A stretch of 64,000 bases of DNA, taken from positions 1 through 64,000 of the forward strand of contig JAUCBJ010008850.1 in the NCBI GenBank assembly GCA_032718475.1. The letters run 5' to 3'. A program made the position numbers and the translations under genes. The notes beneath the pieces were generated by a model, which was not told the origin of the DNA, searched no databases, and saw only the letters and a program-made list of their open reading frames with translations. This document shows positions 31,869 through 44,382 of the stretch, in pieces; position 1 is the stretch's first letter; each line of letters opens with the position of its first letter. This stretch comes from Nemertoderma westbladi (taxonomy: Eukaryota; Animalia; Xenacoelomorpha).

Positions 31869-32417
31869 CTCAGAGCGCAGTTTTATAATTTCATTTACAA
31901 GAATATCTTTCTTTAACTTCTTTAAGGACGTCGGATCTTTAGCTGATTTCTCGGTGTTTGTCGGAGATGATTTAGGTGTCGGAATTTCTACAACTATACT
32001 GGGTACCGGTAACTTCCTTCTAGAAGCTCTCAGTGAAATATTGGACAGAGTCCTAATAATAGCGGTAGACTTATAACGATGTTTCGTGTCTCTTTTAATC
32101 TCTGAACCCCCATTGGTGGAGGTAGACTCCCTAATGTACGGTGATACTACAGCTAAGTTATCTGTAGACTGGGATTGAAGTTTCTCTGAGATGAAATTCC
32201 CCTTTTGTTTCGACTCGTTTAACAGTTTTTGAATTGTCTTAACATCGGCGCGTTTGTTCGGTTTTTCCACCGTATCAACTCTGTCGTCTGCAGCGAGCTC
32301 ATCTACTGATTCCCATATCGGGGTTCGACTCTCCGTTTCGAAATCCAGTCGATTCGATGAAATATCGTTTAACGATAACGACATCCGTCGCATCTGGCCA
32401 AGTGGACGACCTCCAAT
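31869..32417 (-). CDS. RAB11FIP: Rab11-FIP-like coding exon 5 (linker and start of coiled coil)
   Basis: AACAG acceptor and GAG|GTCAGT donor; 549 nt, phase 0/0; ends LKKDILVNEIIKLRSE. Confidence 0.85.
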
Positions 32418-32691
32418 CTGTTATTACAAATAATAATTTTATTGGTAATATTAAACCAGAAATTTTCATCCAAAGTAATTTTTATTCCAGTGTCATGTTA
32501 TCGGCGTTTTATATTTAATTTACACCCACTGCAAAATTGGCTATGTAAATCCATCTGAGTCAGTCGGTTTACATACTGTATTATTATTTTACATGAATGG
32601 TTTATTACTTTACAAATTCTTTCCAATCAAACACAATCATTTATAAATAAGTATAATTAGGGCTTTTGCACACTTATAATATTAATTTAAC

Positions 32692-32849
32692 CGGTGTTCT
32701 GATGGCTGCTGGCTGACTTTCCGCCGTACGAATTGTTTCCAATTTGGCACCATTTTGGGACGATGACTTTTCCGTTGTAGTCTCATTTCTTCCAGTACGT
32801 TTATTTTTCAATGTCGCTTTTGTAACATATGCCTCGTAGGTCAATGAAC
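32692..32849 (-). CDS. RAB11FIP: Rab11-FIP-like coding exon 4
   Basis: AAG acceptor and CCG|GTTAAA donor; 158 nt, phase 1/0. GSLTYEAYVTK completes the C2 domain. Confidence 0.75.
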
Positions 32850-33042
32850 CTTTGCGTAAATAAAGAAATATTAGCAATATAGACGACATACTATAGAACG
32901 TAGATTTATTGTATGTTACCCGAGTGATTGTGTCACGTTTTACGTTCATGTATGTTTTAAAGGATAGTTTTCTAAATATATAAATAAAATTATTATCAAA
33001 TGACTTTGATCACAGATGATATAATTGAGGTTTTGTTCTTAC

Positions 33043-33212
33043 CTAATTGTCCAGATTCGGATTTTTTGGTTTTTTTCGGATTTTCTATATTAACCGTCGT
33101 CGCATGCATACATATTCCCGGTATGGTTGTTATGGGAACGCTAACTTGCCCAATCAATGAGGCTTTGTCTTTCACAGTCATGAGGACTTCTCGACACAAT
33201 TTGTCTATTTTA
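33043..33212 (-). CDS. RAB11FIP: Rab11-FIP-like coding exon 3 (C2 domain)
   Basis: TTTTAG acceptor and TAG|GTAAGA donor; 170 nt, phase 2/1; encodes EVLMTVKDKASLIGQVSVPI. Confidence 0.85.
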
Positions 33213-33446
33213 CTAAAACATTTTGCAAAAATACTAAATATTGATGTACAACATTGTGAAATGACTAAACCAACACCGACTTACAGTATAATACAATATA
33301 CATACTGTACAGTTTCTCATACAATAAATAGGAACCGGAGTTAACATAAAGAATGGCAGTACTGTACTACAGATTCCTTGACCCCAATGCGATCTGGTCC
33401 TGTCCATTTCATCCTTGCCATGTTAACTGACCGGGACCTCTGGTCA

Positions 33447-36400
33447 TGTCCATCGTCTACAGAAGGTCAACTGTCTACGTCCATCGTCTAGGTCCACTGT
33501 CTACGTCCATCGTCTAGGTACACTGTCTATGTCCATCGTCTATGTCCACTGTCTACGTCCATCGTCTATGTCCACTGTCTATGTCCATCGTCTATGTCCA
33601 CTGTCTATGTCCATCGTCTATGTCCACTGTCTACGTCCATCGTCTAGGACCACTGTCTACTTCTATCGTCTATGTCCACCCTCCATGTCCATCGTCTAGG
33701 TCCTCTCTCTATGTCCATCGTCTATGTCCACTGTCTACTTCCATCGTCTATGTCCACCCTCTATGTCCATCGTCTAGGTCCTCTCTCTATGTCCATCGTC
33801 TATGTCCACTGTCTACGTCCATCGTCTATGTCCACCCTCTATGTCCATCGTCTGGGTCCACTCTCTATATGTCCATCGTCTAAGTCCACTGTCTACGTCC
33901 ATCGTCTATGTCCACCCTCTATGTCCATCGTCTGGGTCCACTCTCTATGTCCATCGTCTAGGTCCACTGTCTACGTCCATCGTCTATGTCCACCCTCTAT
34001 GTCCATCGTCTAGGTCCACTCTCTATGTCCATCGTCTAGGTGCACTGTCTACGTCCATCGTCTATGTCCACCCTCTATGTCCATCGTCTAGGTCCACTCT
34101 CTATGTCCATCGTCTAGGTCCACTGTCTACGTCCATCGTCTATGTCCACCCTCTATGTCCATCGTCTAGGTCCACTGTCTACGTCCATCGTCTATGTCCA
34201 CCCTCTATGTCCATCGTCTAGGTCCACTCTCTATGTCCATCGTCTAGGTCCACTGTCTACGTCCATCGTCTATGTCCACCCTCTATGTCCATCGTCTAGG
34301 TCCACTATCTAGGTCCATCGTCTAGGTTCACTGTTTACGTCCATCGTCTATGTCCACCATCTATGTCCATCGTCTAGGTTCACTCTCTATGTCCATCGTC
34401 TATGTCCACTCTCTATGTCCATCGTCTAGGCAACTCTCTATTTCCATCGCCTAGGTCCACTCTCTAGGTCCATCGTCTAGGTCCACTGTCTACGTCCATC
34501 TTCTATGTCCACCCTCTATGTCCATCGTCTAGGTCCACTCTCTATGTCCATCGTCTAGGTCCACTCTCTATTTCCATCGTCTAGGTCAATTCTCTATGTC
34601 CATCGTCTATGTCCATTGTCTACGTCCATCATCTAGGTCCACTGTCTACGTCCATCGTCTATGTCCACCCTGTATGTCCATCGTCTAGGTCCACTCTCTA
34701 TTTCCATCGTCTAGGTCAATTCTCTATGTCCATCGTCTATGTCCATTGTCTACGTCCATCGTATATGTCTGCCCTCTATGTCCACCGCCTGGGTCCACTC
34801 ACTATGTCCATCGTCTATTTCCACTGCCTACGTCCATCGTCTAGGTACACTCTCTATGTCAATCGTCTAGATCCACTCTCTATGTCCATCGTCTAAGTCC
34901 ACTGTCTATGTCCATCGTCTGGGTCCACTGTCTATGTCCATCGTCTAGGTCCACTGTCTACGTCCATCGTCTAGGTCCACTGTCTACGTCCATCGTCTAA
35001 GTCCACCCTCTATGTCCATCGTCTAGGTACACTCTATATGTCCATCGTCTAGGTCCACTCTCTATGTCCATCGTCTAGGTCCACTGTCTACGTCCATCGT
35101 CTAGGTCCATCGTCTAGGTCCACTGTCTACGTCCATCTTCTATGTCCACCCTCTATGTCCATCGTCTAGGTCCACTGTCTACGTCCATCGTCTATGTCCA
35201 CCCTCTATGTCCATCGTCTAGGTCCACTCTCTATTTCCATCGTCTAGGTCAATTCTCTATGTCCATCGTCTATGTCCATTGTCTACGTCCATCGTCTAGG
35301 TCCACTGTCTACGTCCATCGTCTATGTCCACCCTCTATGTCCATCGTCTAGGTCCACTCTCTATTTCCATCGTCTAGGTCAATTCTCTATGTCCATCGTC
35401 TACGTCCATCGTCTATGTCTACCCTCTATATCTATCGCCTGGGTCCTCTCACTATGTCCATCGTCTATTTCCACTGTCTATGTCCATCGTCTAGGTACAC
35501 TCTCTATGTCAATCGTCTAGGTCCACTCTCTATATCCATCGTCTAAGTCCACTGTCTATGTCCATCGTCTGGGTCCACTGTCTATGTCCATCGTCTAGGT
35601 CCACTGTCTACGTCCATCGTCTAGGTCCACTGTCTACGTCCATCGTCTATGTCCACCCTATATGTCCATCGTCTAGGTCCACTCTATATGTCCATCGTCT
35701 AGGTCCACTCTCTATGTCCATCGTCTAGGTCCACTGTCTACGTCCATCGTCTAGGTCCACTCTCTATGTCCATCGTCTAGGCCCAAAGTCTACGTCCATC
35801 GTCTAGGTCCACTGTCTACGTCCATCGTCTATGTCCACCCTCTATGTCCATCTTCTAGGTCCACTCTCTATTTCCATCGTCTAGGTCCACCCTCTATGTC
35901 CATCGTCTAGGTCCACTGCCTACGTCCATCGTATATGTCCACCCTCTATGTCCATCGTCTAGGTCCACTCTCTATGTCCATCGTCTAAGTCCACTCTCTA
36001 TGTCCATCGTCTAGGTCCACTGTCTACGCCCATCGTCTAGGCCCACTCTCTATATGTCCATCGTCTAGGTCCAATGTCTACGTCCACCCTCTATGTCCAT
36101 CGTCTGGGTCCACTCTCTATGTCCATCGTCTATGTCCACCATCTATGTCCATCGTCTATGTCCACCATCTATGTCCATCGTCTATGTCCACCATCTATTT
36201 CCATCGTCTAGGTCCACTCTCTATGTCCATCGTTTAGGCCCACTGTCTACGTCCATCATCTAGGTCCACTGTCTACGTCCATCGTCTAGGTCCACTGCCT
36301 ACGTCCATCGTCTATGTCCACCCTCTATGTCCATCGTCTAGGTCCACACTCTATGTCCATCGTCTAGGTCCACTGTCTATGTTCATCGTCTAGGTCTACT

Positions 36401-38200
36401 CTCTATGTCCATCGTCTAGGTCCACTGTCTATGGCATCCTCTAGGTCAACGCACTATGTCCATCGTCTAGGTCCACTGTCTACGTCCATCGTCTATGTCC
36501 ACCCTCTATGTCCATCGTCTAGGTCCACTGTCTATGTCCATCGTCTATGTCCACTGTCTATGTCCATCGTCTAGGTCCACTCTCTATGTCCATCGTCTAG
36601 GTCCACTGTCTAGGGCCATCGCCTAGGTCCACTGTCTATGTCCATCGTCTAGGTCCACTCTCTATGTCCATCGTCTAGGTCCACTGTCTATGTCCATCGT
36701 CTAGGTCTACTCTCTATGTCCATCTTCTAGGTCCACTCTCTATATCCATCGTCTAGGTCCACCCTCTATGTCCATCGTCTAGGTCCACTCTCTATGTCCA
36801 TCATCTTGGTCCACTGTCTATATGTCCATCGTCTAGGTCCACTGTTCACGTCCATCGTCTAGGTCCACTCTCTATGTCCATAGTCTAGGTCCACTGTCTA
36901 TGTACATCGTCTAGGTCCACTGTCTACGTCCATAGTCTAGGCCCACTGTCTATATGTCCATCGTCTATGTCCACCCTCTATGTCCATCGTCTGGGTCCAC
37001 TCTCTATGTCCATCGTCTATGTCCACCATCTATGTCCATCGTCTATGTCCACCATCTATGACCATCGTCTATGTCCACCCTCTATTTCCATCGTCTAGGT
37101 CCACTCTCTATGTCCGTCGTCTAGGTCCACTGTCTATGTCCATCGTCTAGGTCTACTCTCTATGTCCATCGTCTAGGTCCACTGTCTATGGCATCCTCTA
37201 GGTCAACGCACTATGTCCATCGTCTAGGTCCACTGTCTACGTCCATCGTCTATGTCCACCCTCTATTTCCATCGTCTAGGTCCACTGTCTATGTCCATCG
37301 TCTATGTCCACTGTCTATGTCCATCGTCTAGGTCCACTGTCTATGTCCATCGCCTAGGTCCACTGTCTATGTCCATCGTCTAGGTCCACTCTCTATGTCC
37401 ATCGTCTAGGTCCACTGTCTATGTCCATCGTCTTGGTCCACTCTCAATTTCCATCGTCTAGGTCCACTGTCTACGTCCATCGTCTAGGTCCACCGTCTAT
37501 GTCCATCGTCTAGGTCCACTGTCTATGTCCATCGTCTAGGTCCACTCTCTATGTCCATCGTCTAGATCCACTGTCTATGTCCATTGTCTACGTCCACTGT
37601 CTATGTCCATCATCTAGGTCCACCGTCTATGTCCATCGTCTAGGTCCACTGTCTATGTCTATTGGTCTAGGTCCACTGTCTATGTCCATCGTCTAGGTCC
37701 ACTGTCTATGTCCATTGTCTACGTCCACTGTCTATGTCCATCGTCTAGGTCCACTGTCTATGTTCATCGTTAGGTCCACTGTCTATGTCCATTGGTCTAG
37801 GTCCACTGTCTATGTCCATCGTCTAGGTCCACTGTCTATGTCCATTGTCTACGTCCACTGTCTATGTCAATCGTCTAGGTCCACTGTCTATGTCCATCGT
37901 TAGGTCCACTGTCTATGTCCATCGTCTAGGTCCACTGTCTACATCCATCATCTAGGTCCACTGTCTATGTCCATCGTCTAGGTCCACTGTCTATGTCCAT
38001 CGTCTAGGTCCACTGTCTACATCCATCATCTTGGTCCACTGTCTATGTCCATCGTCTAGGTCCACTGTCTACATCCATCATCTAGGTCCACTGTCTATGT
38101 CCATCGTCTAGGTCCACTGTCTATGTCCATCGTCTAGGTCAACTGTCTACATCCATCATCTTGGTCCACTGTCTACGTCCATCGTCTATGTCCATTGTTG
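33447..38200. repeat. Intronic satellite, 26-bp dimer of two related 13-mers (~4.7 kb)
   Basis: GTCCATCGTCTA(G/T) alternating with GTCCAC(T/C)(G/C)TCTA(T/C). Confidence 0.97.
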
Positions 38201-38235
38201 TTTATCTACGAATCGCCCTCATCCAATCTACTTAC

Positions 38236-38380
38236 AAATCGGCTTCCTCTTTCCAGACCACATCCCCGGTTGCTGTGGGAACGACTTGCGTAGTAAAAGT
38301 CTGCCTTCCGACCCCAAAGATAACCCTCGGTCTGCAATGCTTTCGACGCGTTTTGATTGGCAGATTCGAAGCAGAAACCA
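38236..38380 (-). CDS. RAB11FIP: Rab11-FIP-like coding exon 2 (C2 domain)
   Basis: TTCCTTTCAG acceptor and TT|GTAAGT donor; 145 nt, phase 1/2; encodes VSASNLPIK...PRVIFGVGRQTFTTQVVPTATGDVVWKEEADF. Confidence 0.85.
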
Positions 38381-38781
38381 CTGAAAGGAATATAGTATGC
38401 ATAAAAACTGAGACTGAAAGGATCATATAGATAAATTTTGGTCGAGCTTAAAAATATCTCAGTATAAACGATTAAAAACAACTTCTTTTACAAACTTTTT
38501 GACAAAAATACAACCCGTGCCCGGTTCACTCGTTTAAAAAAGGATACTTACTTGTCGGCCTATCTGTTTCATATTACAGTGAAACGGGATCGAATATATT
38601 AACTCGGGCTCCGCCAACTAATCATATTGGCTATAGAAACCAAAGCTGCAGCATCTTTTGCATAAACCTGCTAACTGTGACGTCTTCCCAGCCTTAAAGG
38701 TACCGGTAACAGCCAAGAGAGAGGAACCTTCGTGTTTCACCCTAACCAACAACTGACTTTACTTTATGAGTTAATACGTAC

Positions 38782-38812
38782 CTGTGACTTTAATCTCTTC
38801 AATTACAAACAT
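38782..38812 (-). CDS. RAB11FIP: Rab11-FIP-like coding exon 1
   Basis: AAACAATG start; MFVIEEIKVT + G|GTACGT donor, phase 1. Supplies the first C2 strand. The joined CDS is 1182 nt (393 aa) with no internal stops. Confidence 0.72.
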
Positions 38813-39934
38813 TGTTTTAAATATCTGTAGGCCTATACATAATGATAAAATCAGCTAACGTTTATCAGTGTACTTAACTATTTTTTTTGCTTTGATTCGT
38901 TTATAATTAGGTCAAAGAAACTTTAATAAGTCTTTACATATTATATTAAAAGTAAAATTGTGAAATTATATCGTCAATTGGCAAGTTATGAATTATACAT
39001 TCAGTAAGTTCACCCTTCGGCATTGCAATTTACATCCAATAGACATAAACATTGTGGAGAACAATCAATATTATAGCCCAGAGTATTTTAATATGGTAAT
39101 GTAGTTACTGTAACAATAAAAAATATCGATGTACTGTACATTCAACATTTTACGACTTCTATATCAGATAAAAAAATTATTATGTCTCATTGCGAAAATA
39201 AACTGATATGGTAAGCAATATCTATAGTTATTCCACAACTCGGGGCCTAGAGTTTATAATATTATGCATTATTTTGGTGAGATTCAACAGGCAGATATAC
39301 TGTATTTACGGCCTGAGAACATACAGTATATATCCGAAAAGAATGACTCGAATTAATGACTTTATTAATAACAAAGAATTGTAATTTATTTAGAAATTTA
39401 TCTATTAGAAATTAAAAACTAGTCATACTAGCACAGTATACAAACTAATCAAAATGTTAAACTGTATCATGTTAATAATTGAATCAAGTAATAGAAAAAG
39501 ATTTGCAGGTTCATTAGAATAGTTGTACGGTAATTATAGTATCATGTAAGTTACCCTAGCAACGGGTTTCTTGTATGTATGGATGAAGCGTATTCAATGA
39601 CATCATCGCTCTAATGTTGACGATTGTTCATTATTGATCTATTATATTATTAAACCGACACATTAGCGACAGTATCTACATTATTACAGTAGTAGTAACT
39701 TATGCAGTTGGGATCTAAATAAACACATTTAACTCACTTTTAAAAGTGTATACAGTACTTAAAAACTTTAAAATATATACTCATCAATTCTCGGAGGAAA
39801 CTTCTTACAAATAGGACATTATTATTTCATTTTATGTTTACTTTTTATATTATATATTTTACTTCTTTTTGATATTTATATTTTTACATTACATTATTTA
39901 ATTTAATGAATGGGATAACATTTTGGCTCAGTAC

Positions 39935-42900
39935 GAATTCCTGTTCACCACCATGGGTGATCTTCCACAGTAAACCCTTCCACTCTGTTTCCTAAAGGAA
40001 TGCCTGTTCACCACCATGGGTGATCTTCCACTTAAACCCTTCCATTATGTTTCCTAAAGGAATGTCTGTTCACCAAAATGGGTGATCTTCCACAGTAAAC
40101 CCTTCCACTCTGTTTCCTAAGGAATGCCTGTTCACCAAAATGGGTGATCTTCCACAGTAAACCCTTCCACTCTGTTTCCTAAAGGAATGCCTGTTCACCA
40201 CCATGGCTGATATTCCACTTAAACCCTTCCATTATGTTTCCTAAAGGAATGTCTGTTCACCAAAATGGGTGATCTTCCACACTAAACCCTTCCACTCTGT
40301 TTCCTAAGGAATGCCTGTTCACCAAAATGGGTGATCTTCCACAGTAAACCCTTCCACTCTGTTTCCTAGAGGAATGTCTGTTCACCAAAATGGGTGATCT
40401 TCCACAGTAAACCCTTCCACTCTGTTTCCTAAAGGAATGTCTGTTCACCAAAATGGGTGATCTTCCACAGTAAACCCTTCCACTCTGTTTCCTAAGGAAT
40501 GCCTGTTCACCAAAATGGGTGATCTTCCACAGTAAACCCTTCCATTATGTTTACTAAAGGAATGCCTGTTCACCAAAATGGGTGATCTTCCACAGTAAAT
40601 CCTTCCACTCTGTTTCCTAAAGGAATGCCTGTTCACCACCATGGCTGATCTTCCACAGTAAATCCTTCCACTCTGTTTCCTAAAGGAATGCCTGTCCACC
40701 ACCATGGCTGATCTTCCACAGTAAATCCTTCCACTCTGTTTCCTAAAGGAATGCCTGTCCACCACCATGGTCGATCTTCCACAGTAAATCCTTCCACTCT
40801 GTTTCCTAAAGGAATGCCTGTTCACCACCATGGCTGATCTTCCACAGTAAACCCTTCCACTCTGTTTCCGAAAGTAATGCCTGTTCACCACAATGGGTGA
40901 TCTTCCACAGTAAACCCTTCCACTCTGTTTCCTAAAGGAATGCCTGTTCACCACCATGGGTGATCTTCCACAGTAAACCCTTCCATTCTGTTTCCTAAAG
41001 GAATGCCTGTTCACCACCGTGGGTGATCTTCCACAGTAAACCCTTCCACTCTGTTTCCTAAATGAATGCCTGTTCACCACCATGGGTGATCTTCCACAGT
41101 AAACCCTTCCACTCTGTTTCCGAAAGTAATGCCTGTTCACCACAATGGGTGATCTTCCACAGTAAACCCTTCCACTCTGTTTCCTAAAGGAATGCCTGTT
41201 CACCACCATGGGTGATCTTCCACAGTAAACCCTTCCACTCTGTTTCCGAAAGTAATGCCTGTTCACCACAATGGGTGATCTTCCACAGTAAACCCTTCCA
41301 CTCTGTTTCCTAAAGGAATGCCTGTTCACCACCATGGCTGATCTTCCACAGTAAATCCTTCCACTCTGTTTCCTAAAGGAATGCCTGTCCACCACCATGG
41401 CTGATCTTCCACAGTAAATCCTTCCACTCTGTTTCCTAAAGGAATGCCTGTCCACCACCATGGTCGATTTTCCACAGTAAATCCTTCCACTCTGTTTCCT
41501 AAAGGAATGCCTGTTCACCACCATGGCTGATCTTCCACAGTAAACCCTTCCACTCTGTTTCCGAAAGTAATGCCTGTTCACCACAATGGGTGATCTTCCA
41601 CAGTAAACCCTTCCACTCTGTTTCCTAAAGGAATGCCTGTTCACCACCATGGGTGATCTTCCACAGTAAACCCTTCCATTCTGTTTCCTAAAGGAATGCC
41701 TGTTCACCACCGTGGGTGATCTTCCACAGTAAACCCTTCCACTCTGTTTCCTAAAGGAATGCCTGTTCACCACCATGGGTGATCTTCCACAGTAAACCCT
41801 TCCACTCTGTTTCCGAAAGTAAAGCCTGTTCACCACAATGGGTGATCTTCCACAGTAAACCCTTCCACTCTCTTTCCTAAAGGAATGCCTGTTCACCACC
41901 ATGGGTGATCTTCCACAGTAAACCCTTCCACTCTGTTTCCGAAAGTAATGCCTGTTCACCACAATGGGTGATCTTCCACAGTAAACCCTTCCACTCTGTT
42001 TCCTAAAGGAATGCCTGTTCACCACCATGGGTGATCTTCCACAGTAAACCCTTCCATTCTGTTTCCTAAAGGAATGCCTGTTCACCACCGTGGGTGATCT
42101 TCCACAGTAAACCCTTCCACTCTGTTTCCTAAAGGAATGCCTGTTCACCACCATGGGTGATCTTCCACAGTAAACCCTTCCACTCTGTTTCCTAAATGAA
42201 TGCCTGTTCACCACCGTGGGTGATCTTCCACAGTAAACCCTTCCACTCTGTTTCCTAAAGGAATGCCTGTTCACCACCGTGGGTGATCTTCCACAGTAAA
42301 CCCTTCCACTCTGTTTCCTAAAGGAATGCCTGTTCACCACCGTGGGTGATCTTCCGCAGTAAATTCTTCCACTCTGCTTCCCAAAGGAATGCCTGTTCAC
42401 CAAAATGGGTGATCTTCCGCAGTAAATTCTTCCACTCTGCTTCCCAAAGGAATGCCTGTTCACCAAAATGGGTGATCTTCCGCAGTAAATTCTTCCACTC
42501 TGCTTCCCAAAGGAATGCCTGTTCACCAAAATGGGTGATCTTCCGCAGTAAACTCTTCCACTCTGTTTCCTAAAAGAATGCCTGTTCACCAAAAAGGGTG
42601 ATCTTCCGCAGTAAATTCTTCCACTCTGCTTCCTAAAGGAATGCCTATTCACCACCATGGGTGATCTTCCATAGTAAACCCTTCCACTCTGCTTCCCAAA
42701 GGAATGCCTGTTCACCAAAATGGGTGATCTTCCGCAGTAAACTCTTCCACTCTTTGTTTCCTAAAAGAATGCCTGTTCACCAAAAAGGGTGATCTTCCGC
42801 AGTAAATTCTTCCACTCTGCTTCCTAAAGGAATGCCTATTCACCACCATGGGTGATCTTCCATAGTAAACCCTTCCACTCTGTTTCCTAAAGGAATGCCT

Positions 42901-44382
42901 CTTCACCACCATGGGTGATCTTCCACAGTAAACCCTTCCACTGTGTTTCCTAAAAGAATGCCTGTTCACCACCGTGGGTGATCTTCCACAGTAAATTCTT
43001 CAACCCTGTTTCCTAAAGGAATGCGTGTTCACCAAAAAGGGTGATCTTCCACAGAAAACCCTTCCACTGTTTCCTAAAGGAATGCCTCTTCACCACATGG
43101 GTGATCTTCCACGTAAACCCTTCCACTCTGTTTCATAAAGGAATGCCTCTTCACCACCATGGGTGATCTTCCACAGTAAACCCTTCCACTGTGTTTCCTA
43201 AAAGAATGCCTGTTCACCACCGTGGGTGATCTTCCACAGTAAACTCTTCCACCCTGTTTCCTAAAGGAATGCCTGTTCACCACCCCACCATGGGTGATCT
43301 TCCACAGTAAACCCTTCCACTCTGGTTCCTAATGGAATGCCTGTTCACCACCATGGGTGATCTTCCACAGTAAATTCTTCAACCCTGTTTCCTAAAGGAA
43401 TGCCTGTTCACCAAAAAGGGTGATCTTCCACAGAAAAACCTTCCACTGTTTCCTAAAGGAATGCCTCTTCACCACATGGGTGATCTTCCACGTAAACCCT
43501 TCCACTCTGTTTCATAAAGGAATGCCTCTTCACCACCATGGGTGATCTTCCACAGTAAACCCTTCCACTGTGTTTCCTAAAAGAATGCCTGTTCACCACC
43601 GTGGGTGATCTTCCACAGTAAACTCTTCCACCCTGTTTCCTAAAGGAATGCCTGTTCACCACCCCACCATGGGTGATCTTCCACAGTAAACCCTTCCACT
43701 CTGGTTCCTAATGGAATGCCTGTTCACCACAATGGGTGATCTTCCACAGTAAACCCTTCCACTCTGTTTCCCAAAGAATGCCTGTTCACCACCATGGGTG
43801 ATCTTCCACAGTAAACTCTTCAACCCTGTTTCCTAAAGGAATGCCTGTTCAACATAATGGGTGATCTTCCACAGAAAACCCTTCCACTCTGTTTCCTAAA
43901 GGAATGCCTCTTCACCACCATGGGTGATCTTCCACAGTAAACCCTTCCACACTGTTTCCCAAAGGAATGCCTATTCATCACCACGGGTGATCTTCCACAG
44001 TAAACCCTTCCACTCTGTTTTCTAAAGGAATGCTTCTTCACCACCATGGGTGATCTTCCACAGTAAACCCTTGCACTGCGTTTCCCAAAGGAATGCCTAT
44101 TCATCACCACGGGAGATCTTCCACAGAAAACCCTTCCACTCTGTTTCCTAAAGGAATGCCTCTTCACCACCATGGGTGATCTTCCACAGTAAACCCTTCC
44201 ACACTGTTTCCCAAAGGAATGCATATTCATCACCACGGGTGATCTTCCACAGTAAACCCTTCCACTCTGTTTCCTAAAGGAATGCTTCTTCACCACCATG
44301 GGTGATCTTCCACAGTAAACCCTTCCACTGCGTTTCCCAAAGGAATGCCTGTTCACAACCAAACCATGGGTGATCTTCCACA
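39935..44382. repeat. 63-bp satellite, ~70 copies
   Basis: Unit GGAATGCCTGTTCACCACCATGGGTGATCTTCCACAGTAAACCCTTCCACTCTGTTTCCTAAA; variants cluster in blocks. Confidence 0.97.

Noticed and set aside
33542-37903. ORFs within the 26-bp satellite
   Set aside because: Translations of the repeat inside an intron on the opposite strand.
40445-42718. 757-aa minus-strand ORF of 21-aa repeats
   Set aside because: It follows from a 63-bp stop-free satellite unit. Neighbouring units have frame-breaking indels and there is no unique N- or C-terminus.
39935-44382. CRISPR-like appearance of regular repeats (also 7641-8104 and 33447-38200)
   Set aside because: No unique spacers, no cas genes, and a eukaryotic context.
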